Shown: positions 1-12,479 of the stretch, piece by piece | How the letters are laid out: every line of letters begins with the position of its first letter | How positions within the stretch are numbered: the stretch's first letter is position 1 | From: Octopus sinensis | Lineage: Eukaryota | Reading direction: 5' to 3' | Assembly (NCBI RefSeq): GCF_006345805.1 | Contig: NC_043008.1 | Coordinates: 9,114,001-9,178,000 of the forward strand | DNA: 64,000 nt | The notes under the pieces: model-generated | Databases searched by the model: none | Seen by the model: only the letters and a program-made list of their open reading frames with translations | What the model was told of the DNA's origin: nothing | Made by a program: the position numbers and the translations under genes

Positions 1-1122
1 AAGAAATGTCTTTCATTATTTTGTAGAGCAATTTTGAGTAATAACGTTAAAGGTTGGTGAAAAGTTGTCGAATGCCTAAAGGAAGACATTACAAACGATC
101 GACTTCCTAAATGTTTCTTCTTGTGTAAAATGAATTCAATAAAAAATAATATACTTCCCATCCCACTCCTTAACTCAGCCGTTCCCTGACCGTCCCCATC
201 CCCTCAAACTTCATTCTTTAACCATTCGTCTCCACGAACCAAAACTTTTATTTATCAGTAAATAATACTCCAAAATAATAAAAGAAACCTTTTTTTTTTT
301 TTTTCAGTTACTAACAGAGCTCGTGCTACAGATATAATTGACCACCTTAACACCATTTCCTTATAATGAGGTATTTCATTTTCTCTTTACATAAACATCA
401 GAAAGAATTTTTTTTTTCACAATACTTTGAATAAGTCATAAGGCAAGACTTGAAGCCACAGACTAGACTAATTTTACGATGAATTTGTTTCTGTTATTGA
501 GTTATTGAGTCTATTGTCTCCCTCGTCTTTACTGACGCTCGTTTGTTATTCTTAGAATTCCTTTGAAATATCGACTCCAAAACTAACATTTACCTGACGA
601 TTGCTTCATCTTCACATCTGATAGCCGTCTCAATCTACATCATCCATTAATACAATCTGCATTAATCTCCATTGCGCCTGTTCGCTTTATTATGACTATT
701 AAGACCAGCAGACGACCTGCAAGGTTTCAAACGTATGTCACAGATTAGATTCAAAATGTCTACAAGCTATATCATAGCTTACAAGTGCTATGGTAATCTT
801 ATGCACTTTCACTGCCTTTTCCAGCCACGTTTACTCCGACAGATTCTTCCATATACTACACAGATTTGTTACAATAAAACTGTGTCAAATTATTGTTACG
901 TACATCTTGATTTTTGCAAATCATCGGGCAATTTCAAGTGATTTATGTAGCCAGCATTTGACAGGATATAGCAATGTAGTCTGTAGCTTACAATGTACTG
1001 AGGGACGATGTATTTTGTATGTGTGTGTGTGTGTATTTGTGTTGAACCTGTATATATGTATGTATGTATGTATATGTACCTAGTTATATGTATATATGAT
1101 TACATATACATACATATGAGAT

Positions 1123-1149
1123 GGCTAGCTAGCTAGCTAGCTAGCTAGC

Positions 1150-1205
<56 letters not shown>

Positions 1206-1226
1206 AGATAGCTAGATAGATAGATA

Positions 1227-1259
<33 letters not shown>

Positions 1260-1337
1260 AGATAGATAGGTAGATAGAAGATAGATATATATATATAATA
1301 TATATATATATATAGATATACAGATATATAGATAGAT

Positions 1338-1408
<71 letters not shown>

Positions 1409-1446
1409 TAGATAGATATATAGATAGATAGATAGATAGATGATAT

Positions 1447-1488
<42 letters not shown>

Positions 1489-1510
1489 CGATAGATAGAT
1501 AGATAGATAG
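1123..1510. repeat. (GCTA)n/(GATA)n microsatellite
   Basis: Direct reading of the sequence. Confidence 0.95.
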
Positions 1511-1553
1511 TTATAGCTGCTCTATAGGATTACCCAGGGTTTCGCCAGATCCT

Positions 1554-1614
1554 GGAGTCTGACGAGACGCTGTAAAGCTAAGTGCTTTACGGTCGCGAAA
1601 CCCTGGGTAACCCC
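1554..1614 (+). ncRNA. Hammerhead ribozyme-like motif (type I)
   Basis: ggagt-CTGACGA(1559-1565)-stem II (gtaaagc/gctttac)-GAAA(1597-1600)-ccc t ggg-TA-acccc; GUA cleavage triplet ending at 1609. Confidence 0.6.
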
Positions 1615-1690
1615 ATAGATCGGCCACAACTACCTTTATCTAAATACTCTACGGCTCGTTCGGATTTATGATTTACTGACACACACACAT

Positions 1691-2112
1691 AGGCGCAGGA
1701 GTGGCTATGTGGTAAGTAGCTTGCTAACCAGCCACATGGTTCCGGGTTCAGTCCCACTGCGTGGCATCTTGGGCAAGTGTCTTCTGCTATAGCCCCGGGC
1801 CGACCAATGCCTTGTGAGTGGATTTGGTAGACGGAAACTGAAAGAAGCCTGTCGTATATATGTATATATGTATATATATATGTATGTGTGCGTGTGTTTG
1901 TGTGTCTGTGTTTGTTCCCCCTAGCATTGCTTGACAACCGATGCTGGTGTGTTTACGTCCCCGTCACTTAGCGGTTCGGCAAAAGAGACCGATAGAATAA
2001 GTACTGGGCTTGCAAAGAATAAGTCCTGGGGTCGATTTGCTCGACTAAAGGCGGTGCTCCAGCATGGCCGCAGTCAAATGACTGAAACAAGTAAAAGAGT
2101 AAAGAGAGTAAA
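1691..2112 (+). mobile_element. tRNA-derived SINE family A (CORE-like domain, internal TA/TG microsatellite), full length
   Basis: tggctatgtggtaag...ggttcagtccc head, cttgggcaagtgtc core and ...gactgaaacaagtaaaagag tail. Other copies: 13770-13946(-), 20240-20575(-), 31980-32240(+), 33935-34145(-), 48645-49203(+), 52495-52900(+), 57400-57610(-). Confidence 0.85.
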
Positions 2113-2814
2113 GAGTATATATATTTGTATATTTATGTATGCATATATGTGTATATGTGTGTATCTGTATATATCTGTGTGTATGTGCGCGCGCGTGTAT
2201 GTATTTAAATATATGTGTTGGGAGGACATTGACTTTTTTTTTATACATTCTTCATCTTTCGTATTTCGTTTTGGTCATTATTGGTTTTTTCTCCATTTTT
2301 CATTCCATTTTTCGTTTCTTTGTGTCAATCGTTTGGTTTGTGTTCTTCAGCTTGTAACAGCAAACGCTATATTTTTCTTCGTTTCAAACATTTATTTAGA
2401 TTTCAGTTGCCGAGGATATTATAGATATCTATTTTTATGTATTTTATAAATATTTTTCAAATATCTATTATGGAATCATATGTGCAATGGTTATGTAAAT
2501 ATATATTTTTATCAATATAATATTTTATTAAGGCGGCGAGCTGTCAGAATGGTTGGCATGCCGGTAAAATGCTTCGCGGCATCTCTTCTGGCTTTTTTTA
2601 TTGTCTGAGTTCAAATTCCGCTAAGTTCCACTTTACTCTTCCTCCTTCGGGTTCGCTAAAATAAATACTAATTGAGTACTGTTGTCAGTGCGATCGTCTG
2701 GCTCCCTCCCCTCAAAATTTCAGGCTCTATAACTCTCGTAGAGAGAATATATATTATATTTCGTTTTGGGATTTGGTTTGCAAGATTCTTTATATGAGTT
2801 CGTGTGTTGAAGCA

Positions 2815-3148
2815 TATTCTGTTGTGTCTGGGGAGAGTCATTTTCTTTTTGTGCCTTATTATTTAACACACTCACCGGTAAAATTTCCACTTATTTCTTA
2901 TTTTTATTTTCTTAAAATTTTTGTTGCGTCTTGCAACCTTTTCAATAGTCTTGATTCTGTCCGTTATTTACACTGCGTTCCTTTTTGTTTGTTTGTGCGC
3001 GTGTGTGTGAGTGCATATTAAAAAGGTTACAAGACGAAACGAAAATTTTAGGAAAATAAAAATAAGAAATAAGTGGAAATTTTACCGGTGAGTGTGTTAC
3101 ATTATGAGGCACAAAAAGAAAATGACTCACCCCAGACACAACAAAATA
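2815..3148. repeat. Inverted repeat, ~130-bp arms with ~75-bp spacer
   Basis: 2815-2944 is approximately the reverse complement of 3019-3148. Confidence 0.85.
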
Positions 3149-3329
3149 TATTTTTTATTTTTGATATTCTTACAAACAGGCAAACAGACAGATAGATGAG
3201 ATATATAAGATAGACAGACAGACAGACAGGAAGGAAGATTCGCAATGTCTTCAAATTTTAGTCGATGACTAGCAGTCTTAGAAACCAATAACATTGCGCA
3301 GAGTTCTACTGAAAGTTTTGCGAAAGTGG

Positions 3330-4620
3330 ACATAACGTTTTAATTAACATGACATAGGGTGCTCAAATTGTCCATGATGGTAGAGTGATTCTCTTTGTAG
3401 TTCTTCATTGCTGTCAAATAATGGGCTCCAAACAGAAGCAACATTCCATCATTGAGCTTTTGATGAAGGAGTGCAGGCTGTCCAATATTCAGCGAAGGTT
3501 ACAGGTTGTTTGCAGAAATTATATTCTACTGACAAGAGCAATGCGCACTCACGAATGAAGAAGCTTAAAGGATGTCAAACCAGCGCTCAAAGCTGGTCAC
3601 ATGATGGGAGATCATCGACTGCGACCATTTACACGAATCCCAAACGAATGAACAAACTGGACACGCGAGTCATAATCTGTGAGCCTGCTGCACACCACAG
3701 CAGTGGTCACAATATGCATCAGAGAGGATGGAGGACTTTGAGTACCACAAAATATGTGCAAGGTGGGTTGATGACCGATTTTGGCAGTTAACGACCGATT
3801 TTAAGAAGAGAAGTGTGAATGCCGACTCTGCTCTGCTAGAAGTGCTTGAAGCCAATGGAGGCACATTTTTTTAAAGAATCTGATGAAGAAGATGAGACAC
3901 AGCTGTATCTCTATGATCCAGAAATGAATTCTCAGTCCATGAAATGATGTCACACCTCTTCGCTAAGGCCTAAGAAGTTCAAAGCAAGTGATTGGTACAA
4001 AAATTCGAGTTATTTGTTCTTTCGGATGACAAGAGTATCGTTTTCTTTGATTCTCTGGAACATGGCTGTGCCGTAATCTGTGAGCGGTATAGTGTGAGCT
4101 GGCAGAAACATTAGCACGCCGGGCGAAATTCTTAGTGGCATTTCGTCTGCCGTTACGTTCTGAGTTCAAATTCCGCAGAGGTCGACTTTGCCTGTCATCC
4201 TTTCAGGGTCGATAAATTAAGTACCAGTCATGCACTGGGGTCGATGTAATCGACTTAATCCGTTTGTCTGTCCTTTTTTTGTCCCCTCTGTGTTTAGCCC
4301 CTTGTGGGTAGTAAAGAAATAGGTATAGTGTGACATTCAACAATCTTAGAAATGCCACTGAGAGGAAGAGGAAAGCACACACAACTCTTTAGCAACAAAT
4401 ATAGATATTGGACTGGTCAGTAGTCCCTCATCCACTGTACAACGGGGATCTGATGACTCCCGTCTTCCAGACATGTTACGTGTTTGTGAGAAAATATTCC
4501 AGGGAGTGACATGTTCAAAAGAAGCTATATTCAGCCACTTGGAATAATATACTGAAAAATAAGTTTGAGAGTGAATATTATATTTAACCTATAATCATTA
4601 GTCCAACAAGATATATTTTG
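3330..4620 (+). pseudogene. Decayed mariner transposase, interrupted by a SINE at about 4095-4325
   Basis: HKICARWV (about 3746-3770), DETQLYLYDPEMNSQSMK*CHTSSLRPKKFKAS (about 3891-3990) and WSVVPHPLYNGDL (about 4414-4452) correspond to the WVPHEL, GDE.W and HPPYSPDL motifs; many stops and frameshifts. Outer boundaries approximate. Confidence 0.8.
4095..4325 (+). mobile_element. SINE family C (central domain resembling the MetaSINE domain)
   Basis: gagctggcagaaac...gagttcaaattcc..aggtcgactttgcct.tcatcctttc.gggtcgataaattaagtaccag. Other copies: 2530-2745(+), 27670-27800(-), 40240-40620 (two, +), 61347-61520. Confidence 0.75.
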
Positions 4621-6729
4621 CTTGACCGATGAATAGAGATTATTACACTCACACACACAAATATAGAATCAGATAAATAGATACCATTATATCATTCAGA
4701 TACATATGTAAATTGTGTGTGTGTGTGTATGTGTGTGTTTGTAAATAAAACTTTATTTCTTCATCTGATTTTACAAACTGAAGAAGCTATAAGAAAAATC
4801 AGAGATACGAAAAGTTTTATATGGGTGGTACAAGAAAACTGGTCATTAAGAAAGCTTATAAGAAAGATAAGAAAGAATAACAGACAATATAGTCTCATTA
4901 ATTTATTTTATTTTGCTTTGTCTCTTAGAACAAATAGAAAATAAAGCTATATAATTTCTAAATAAAATTTATTTTAAAAAAATATTATTTTGTTGGTGAA
5001 ATATTTTATTTACAAAACAATTCCTATTTTTAAATATTTTCCATTCCTTAAGACGAAATGTTTGTGATGTTTTCATTGGGTACAAGGGTGAATATTTTTA
5101 AGGGAAATAAAATGGGAATGTGTAAGGTTCATGGATTTGCTTGGGGCCATAAACATTTGGGAGTAAAATCAACTAATTAATTAACTTCATTAGGTACATC
5201 GTATTTTACACCGATTAAAAATAAGTCTTTGGAACAATTTCAATTTTGGACGGAATTTAAACTCAGCAGCAAAATTCTTCTCGAAAAGATTTCTAGTGAA
5301 CAGATTTGGACATTAATGTCTCAAGCCTTGAGACCCAGGAAGCCAGTGACTCAGTTTCCATAGAGATATCAGTGACTGAGATCACAACATTCTCCATGAA
5401 AGGGATGCCAGTGTGTCACGTGGTTACTCATTTACAGCTGAGAGGACTGGAACAGCTTGAAACAAAGTTTCTTGCTCAAGGACACAAAGTGCTGCATGTT
5501 TCTGGGATTGAAACCATGATCATGCGACCATGAGTGCAATACCCTTACCACTTGGCCACACTCTTTCCAAATAGATTTACAGATATTTATATAATTATAA
5601 ACCGCATCCTGATAAACCTCTTCCTGAATGGGTGAGTATAACTGATTCCAATGAGGTTCGAAATTAACAGCAATAAGACAAAAAAAGACAATCTTTCAAT
5701 GTGTCACTTTGTTATCTGAGCAATCAGAAATATCTTAAAATGCTGTTTGCTTTGCTTTGTTCTTTTGTTGTTGTTTTAATGTCCTTTTTTTCATAATCAT
5801 GTTACTTCTGGATCTATCATGTTTATTTAAATATAATTACAAAAAAATATTTGTAAAGCAGAAAGTCATTATTTTCTTTGGCTCAGTCTGCCTGGATGAC
5901 AAATTGGGTTCTACTCTAGGTCTTTGGTTGAGTGGTTAGAGGACAGGAGTATTTAATTGTAGGAACAACTGATCCAAGAATCTCTCTTCTTCGTTCTTCA
6001 ATAGCAATATATACACACATACAAACACGCACACACATACAAACACACACACACACACGTTTTGTATATTTCATAATTTCATTTTTCATTTTTTTTTCCT
6101 AACATCTTTTCCTTGCTTTTACATCAACAGTCCTTTCTAGAGTTTCCCATTTTTTTTTCTTTTCAAACAAAATGTCTTTTGTTTTAGATATTATTTTAGC
6201 TATTTTTCTTACTATCAAAATAAGAATAGACATAAATAAATCTTTAATGCTTTTGTCTCCAATTTCTTTGTTTTTTTTATTTTTATTTTTTCATCATTCA
6301 CTTTGTTCTCTGTTTGTTTTTTTTTTTTTTTCTCTCCCTGCTAGAGGTGGGCTATGTGTATTTTTCACATAGCTGAAAACAATTACTGTTATGGAAAAAA
6401 CTGTTATAAGAACAGGGGCTTGAGAGGTTACATTTATATTTCATAATTTACAGGTTGAATAAAGACTGCAGAATTTCAGCATTGCTATGAGTCTTTTTTT
6501 TTATATTCTGAATGTTAAAAACTAATGATTTGTGAGAAAGACATAAATCAACATGATATCCTGAGTGGCCACTTGGCACATAAATACACACTTATTCATC
6601 TACATTGAAGAAAAAAAACTTCAAAATATATACCTTCAACACATCATGTTTGTTTCTTTGACTTATTTTACTGTTCTTCCTTTACTGATCGTTAGTTTTG
6701 GTTACATATTGCTACAGTCAAAAAGTGTA

Positions 6730-7199
6730 CATACATGTATGTGTATGTTTATGTGTATATATATATATACACACACATGTATATATATATATATACACAC
6801 ACATATACATATATATATACATACACACACACACACATATATATATACATGCATATATATATGTATGTATATATACATATATACATGTATATATAAATAT
6901 ATGTATACACACACATATACATACACACATTATATATATATTCATGTATATATACATACATATATATATATATGCATGTATATATATATATATATATATA
7001 TATATGCATGTATATATATATATATATACATGTATATATATACATACATACATATATAAATATATGTACATGTATATATATATATGTATATATATATATA
7101 TACATACACACATTATATATATATATACATATATATATACATATATATATTATACATACATACATATATATATATACATGTACATATATTTATACATGC

Positions 7200-7230
<31 letters not shown>

Positions 7231-7276
7231 ATATAATATATATATATATATATAATATATATATACATTATATATA

Positions 7277-7335
<59 letters not shown>
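6730..7335. repeat. (TA)n/(CA)n compound microsatellite
   Basis: Direct reading; similar tracts at 16478-16743, 51054-51440 and 62520-62692. Confidence 0.95.
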
Positions 7336-7336
<1 letters not shown>

Positions 7337-7745
7337 CATTTTAATGTTGATCATATCTTTTTGCACCTTTAAAACTGCAGTAAATAATTCATAGTTTGTA
7401 TGCATAAAATGAAGAGAAAAATTGTGTGTGTGTGCACATGAAAATGTGTGTGGGGGGAGGGGTGTAGAGGAAGAGACAACCGAACAGTGGAGTAAGAATC
7501 AGGCAGCAGGAAATTCTAAAAATATTCGTATTCTTTCCACTGGTATTCTTGCACAGCATTAGAATAGAATTGGTAAAAAGCCTGACGAAATACCTTGTGG
7601 TACTTTAGCATTGACGTTCTTCCAGGATTAATGAAACGAATCAGGTATTAAGATTGGCACAATCAACAATAACCTCCATGAAATCAAGTTTCTTTGTAGC
7701 AATATGAAATCATGGTTGTTATCTTTACTATTATTATTATTATTA

Positions 7746-7776
<31 letters not shown>

Positions 7777-7828
7777 AATCGTTGTTATTTGACTTGATTT
7801 TAATAAAAGAAAAAATCCTGGTGTGTTT

Positions 7829-8354
7829 TTAAGTCATGTAATTGGCTTTGATACAAAAGGTTTCTTCATTTTTTCCTTGCTCATCATCAATAAAAACAAG
7901 GATGTCCACAGAGCCCTGCTGTAATACAGGAGCAAAACGAAGACCAATATCAAGGGACTCACCCCCAGGGATATCCAACTGGTTCTCTTTAAACTGTAGT
8001 AGGTCGTCTCGGTTTGTGTGTAGACTGAACAGCTTGCTTTTGCCATAAGGATTACGATAGGATATTTTTTTGTTACAGCCATAACCTCCGCCAACTGGCA
8101 ACTTAATCTCAAATGTACCTGAAATGACTGGGGTTTGGGTTTTGATGCATATAAGCCAGCTACGCAGTAACTGGTGATAATCAACATCCACCATGTTAAT
8201 GTAGAAGTATTTTGAACCTGTACACTCAGGTCGGACTGTAACGTTGAGTTCATGAACACTACCAGCTGCTAGTGTAAAAGCTTCGCTTGGATGAAGTTTC
8301 ATTTCGCGTGGATGGGACGTAAAACAACGAGCAAATCTTGACGAATGAGTTCCT
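7829..8354 (-). CDS. NPHP4: Nephrocystin-4, terminal coding exon
   Basis: Translates as (R)GTHSSRFARCFTSHPREMKLHP...INMVDVDYHQLLRSWLICI...NKKISYRNPY...LHTNRDDLLQFKE...IGLRFAP...ILVFIDDEQGKNEETFCIKANYMT*, which matches the recalled NPHP4 C-terminus (KRITYTNPY...IGLQFAP...INDHEDKNEEAFCVKVIYQ). Acceptor tttctttgcag|A at 8355/8354; phase 2 matches the previous exon. Confidence 0.95.
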
Positions 8355-8494
8355 CTGCAAAGAAACGAAACAAAAAAAAAAGGTTATAAGTTTACCAAAA
8401 ACCATCAGCATTTTATGATAATAATTTTCGTTTATTGGCACTTGTGCTGGTGTGCAGGTGACATGTTAAAACAAAAAAAAGAAAAAGATTCTTT

Positions 8495-8720
8495 CGTGGC
8501 CGTTGCCAGTATCGCCTGACTGGCCCTCGTGCCGGTGGCACGTAAAAGCACCCACTATACTCTCAGAGTGGTTGGCATTAGGAAGGGCATCCAGCTGTTG
8601 AAACTCTGCCAGATCAAGATTGGAGCCTGGTGCAGCCATCTGGTTTGCCAGTCCTCAGTCAAATTGTCCAACCCATGCTAGCATGGAAAGCAGATGTTAA
8701 ACAATGATGATGATGATGAT
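8495..8720 (+). mobile_element. (GAT)n-tailed retroposon family B
   Basis: gccggtggcacgtaaaagcacc...ggaagggcatccagctgt...gttaaac(gat)n. Further copies: 8960-9160(-), 25640-26070(-), 27080-27555(+), 38605-38800(-), 40690-40872(+), 46440-46680(+), 47240-47565(+), 47575-47875(-), 49250-49400(+), 53228-53375(+), 54835-55215(+), 57020-57335(-). Confidence 0.8.
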
Positions 8721-9644
8721 CTCTCCTCTTCCTCCATTTCTCTTTCCATATGCACCACCTCTGCCACCACCACCATCATCATCATCATCATCATACCATT
8801 TTTTTGTTTGCTTTCCATGTCAGTGTGGATAAGCTAGATGGTAATGGTCTCACTCATTTTCAACCCATCTTATATTCCACCCTTGACAGTTTCTGCAACT
8901 GGATTGTCTGTTCTAACACCAACAACTCAGAATGTCGTCGTCGTCATCGTCGTCATCATCATCATCGTTTAGCGTCTGTTTTCCATGCTAGCATAGGTTG
9001 GACGGTTCGACCGGGGTCTGGGAAGCCAGGAGGCTGCACCAGGCTCCAGTCTGATCTGGCAGAGTTTCTATAGCTGGATGCCCTCCCTAACACCAACCAC
9101 TCCATGAGTGTAGTGGGTGCTTTTTACGTGCCACCAGCACAGGGGCCAGGGGAGGCGGTTGGTGATTTTTATGTCTCTCGGCTAGATTAAAGGGTCCCCT
9201 CTCCCTTATGTTGACTGTCCAAAAGACAAACACGATTTTGAGAACTAACAGGAGTGAGAGAGTGAGGAAAGAAAACAAAAAATAAAACAAACAAGAGAAT
9301 GGTAGAGGAGGGAGTACTTAAGAGGCACATCGATAGCTACTTGTTGGTTGGTAAGGAAATTGTATACAGAAACAATATATGATGAGATAGGAGAGTAATA
9401 AAGATGGATGATGGGAAGAGAGAAAAAGTGATGGATAGCATCCTGTTTTCTCCTTTTTGAAATTAGAATCAATACGACTCCTTTCATCTTTCCCCGTATC
9501 TCTCTCTTCATTTCCCTTTGTTTAACAACCGACATCGAAATAATTTACTCTTCATATATATTCCTCTGCCAGATATTATCTCTATGTACACTTGTTACTA
9601 GTCTGTGTGTTCTTTATCACTTAAGTAAAAAAGACTCATTTTAT

Positions 9645-10577
9645 TCTTTTATTTTGTTTCAGACATCTGACTGCGGCCATGCTGGAGCACCGCCTTTAGT
9701 CAAGTAAATCAACCACAGGACTTATTCTTTCAGTTTCCATCTACCAGATCCACTCACAAGGCTTTGGTCAGCCCGAGGCTATAGTAAAAGATACTTGCCC
9801 AAGGTGCCACACAGTGGGACTGAACCCGGAACCATGTGGTTGGTAAGCAAGCTACTTACCACACAGCCACCCCTGCACCTCTTTTACTCTTTTACTTGCT
9901 TCAGTCATTTGACTGTGGCAATGCTGGAGCACCGCCTTTAGTCAAGCAAATCGACCATAGGACTTATTCTTTTAGTTTCCGTCTACTAAATCCACTCACA
10001 AGGCTTTGGTCAGCCCGAGGCTATAGTAGAAGATACTTGCCCAAGGTGCCACACAGTGGGACTGAACCCGGAACCATGTGGTTGGTAAGCAAGCTACTCA
10101 CCACACAGCCACTCCTGCACCTCTTTTACTCTTTTACTCTTTTACTTGTTTCAGGCATTTGACTGTGGCCATGCTGGAGCACCGCCTTTAGTCAAGCAAA
10201 TCAACCCCAGGATTTATTCACAGTAAGCCTAGTACTTATTCTATCGGTTACTTTTGCTGAACCACTATGTTACAGGGACGTAAACACACCACCACCGGTT
10301 GTCAAGCGATGTTGAGGGTGACAAACACAGACACACAAACATATACACACACATACATATATATATGTATCAAAAGAAGAACAGGAATCAAAGGATTTGG
10401 CAGTACATGTGTTTCTGGCTTTATTGAACAATTTATATCAATGCATAATTGATATAACATGTAGGTCAATAGCCTTCTTCAGCCACATACAATTACCACA
10501 CCAAGGACATGTATTACATTATAGCAGGTTTGAGAAAAAGTTTGGGGAAAAAACGAGTTTCATAGGGAAACTCCGAT

Positions 10578-10622
<45 letters not shown>

Positions 10623-10714
10623 GGGAACAAACACAGACACACAACATATACACACACATACATATATATATATATATGGGGGAACAAACACAAACACACA
10701 ACCACACAACATAT

Positions 10715-10757
<43 letters not shown>

Positions 10758-10910
10758 TACCATGGAGTTCTTTCAGTTTCCATTTACTATATCCACTCAC
10801 AAGGCTTTAGTCGACCTGAGGCTATAGTAGAAGACACTTGCCCAAGGCGCCACGCAGTGGGACTGAAGCTGGAACCATGCGATTGGTAAGCAAGCTACTT
10901 GCCACACAGC
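9645..10910 (-). mobile_element. Tandem SINE family A array (two internally deleted units plus one interrupted unit)
   Basis: The tail motif recurs at about 9654, 9896 and 10146; the third unit is split by an insertion at about 10370-10580. Confidence 0.8.
10399..10487 (-). ncRNA. Hammerhead ribozyme-like motif with long stem II
   Basis: Minus strand: tgtgg-CTGAAGA-a-ggct...(ttatatcaat/attgatataa hairpin)...agcc-a-GAAA-cacatg-TA-ctgcc. Confidence 0.5.
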
Positions 10911-12479
10911 CTGTCTAATTTTCTTATTTATTTTTCCCCATGTTCTTTTTCCCTTAGAGTTAATTATTTTCATACTTATATGTAATTTTCTGTAATTTTA
11001 ACTCATTTTAACTAGAAAGATTTTACCAAAAAATGTGTTGGGGGGGGGGAAGTGGAAGAAACTAAGCCAATATGGAGATTCTGCCATCTTACTTAAGGAT
11101 GACCATTAACTGAAAAACAAGTAAACAAAACTGCAAAAGTTTGAGAGAAATGCTTCTTTTGAAATGTACCTTCTTCATTACAAATATTTCATATTTTCTA
11201 CTAAACAGAGATTTCCAACAACAAAAAAAAAAATGTTTAATGAAACCTTTTCTTCTTTCATACATATCCATAAAGAAGATGTTTTCTTTTTTTTGGAAAA
11301 ATATGCTATCTTTCAACCTTTGTATCATGTTTTTCCTGAAAGTACTTGCATGTGTCTTATTTTTTTTCATATTCAAAAACTAAAATATTATTAAGTTATT
11401 TTCTTTTTTCTCTCAAATTGAATGTTAAAGTACATTTAAAAAAAAAAATTTCTTTACCTACTTTAATATTTACAAAAGAGATGTTTTTTTCTATCTGTGG
11501 GGTTTCTAGCATTAAAATTACTTCAGGGTTAGACCTCAACATTTAAGTTAGATGTTCTGATAAGCCAAGACTATGAACATTAGAATTTTCTTAAAATATA
11601 CATCTACCTTAAGGGTAAATATGAAAGACATTTTCACCATGAAAATGTTGCTTTTTTCCACATTTCTCTTATGGTTTGGTGATTTTATTAATGTTTACAT
11701 TTTTCTCACTCACTATTTCCCTTATTTACAGGTCAGCTACACTTAAAAATATCTTTTTATCAAATTAATATTTTTTCAAATATATATGTTAAATGCTTTC
11801 AATATTTTATCAGAAAATATTACCAGAATTTTATAGCTATTATATATCTGAAAACAGGAATATGATGCATGGATGTCAGAGAGAACCATCAAATTCATCA
11901 ACTAGATATTGAATCTTTAACCAAATTGACCAAATTTTTAATTTTAAAAAAATGAAATTATGAAAACGTGCTTACCATGAATATATTTTAAGATATAATA
12001 TCTCCTAATATAATAATGAACGTAGTGTTTTTATATATTTGTATATATATACATTTGTCCAGAACCATGTCGGGCTCAGAGGAGGAGAGAAAATAGTAAT
12101 TCAGTGAAGGAAAAGTAGTGAGAGTAATAGCCCTGATTGAGAGGGAGTGAGAAAAAGTAATAACAATGAGAGAAAGGGAATGGTGACAAATAAGGAAGGA
12201 AGGGGTGAAAAAAATCAGCGTTTCAACTCTGTGTGAGTATTTATTCCATCAGGAATATTTCAAGTGGAGACACCAGAATTCTAGAAGAAAATGGTTCAAG
12301 ACAAAACCAAACAAGCAATACGGCAACTGTTTCATAAGAAATTTAAGAAGTAAACACAGAACTGATGGGAATATGTTGTGTTGCACATTTGACAAACGAT
12401 ATAACAGGATAATAAATAATGTCCTTACAAATCATTCTACTCAACACACAATACTTGTAATTACACTCGACAATATGCA

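Noticed and set aside
1587-2449. Recurrent ORFs such as MSSNARG... and MTTDAGVF...
   Set aside because: Incidental reading frames of SINE family A.
6565-7394. YI-rich ORFs (also near 16.4, 51 and 62.3 kb)
   Set aside because: (TA)n microsatellite translations.
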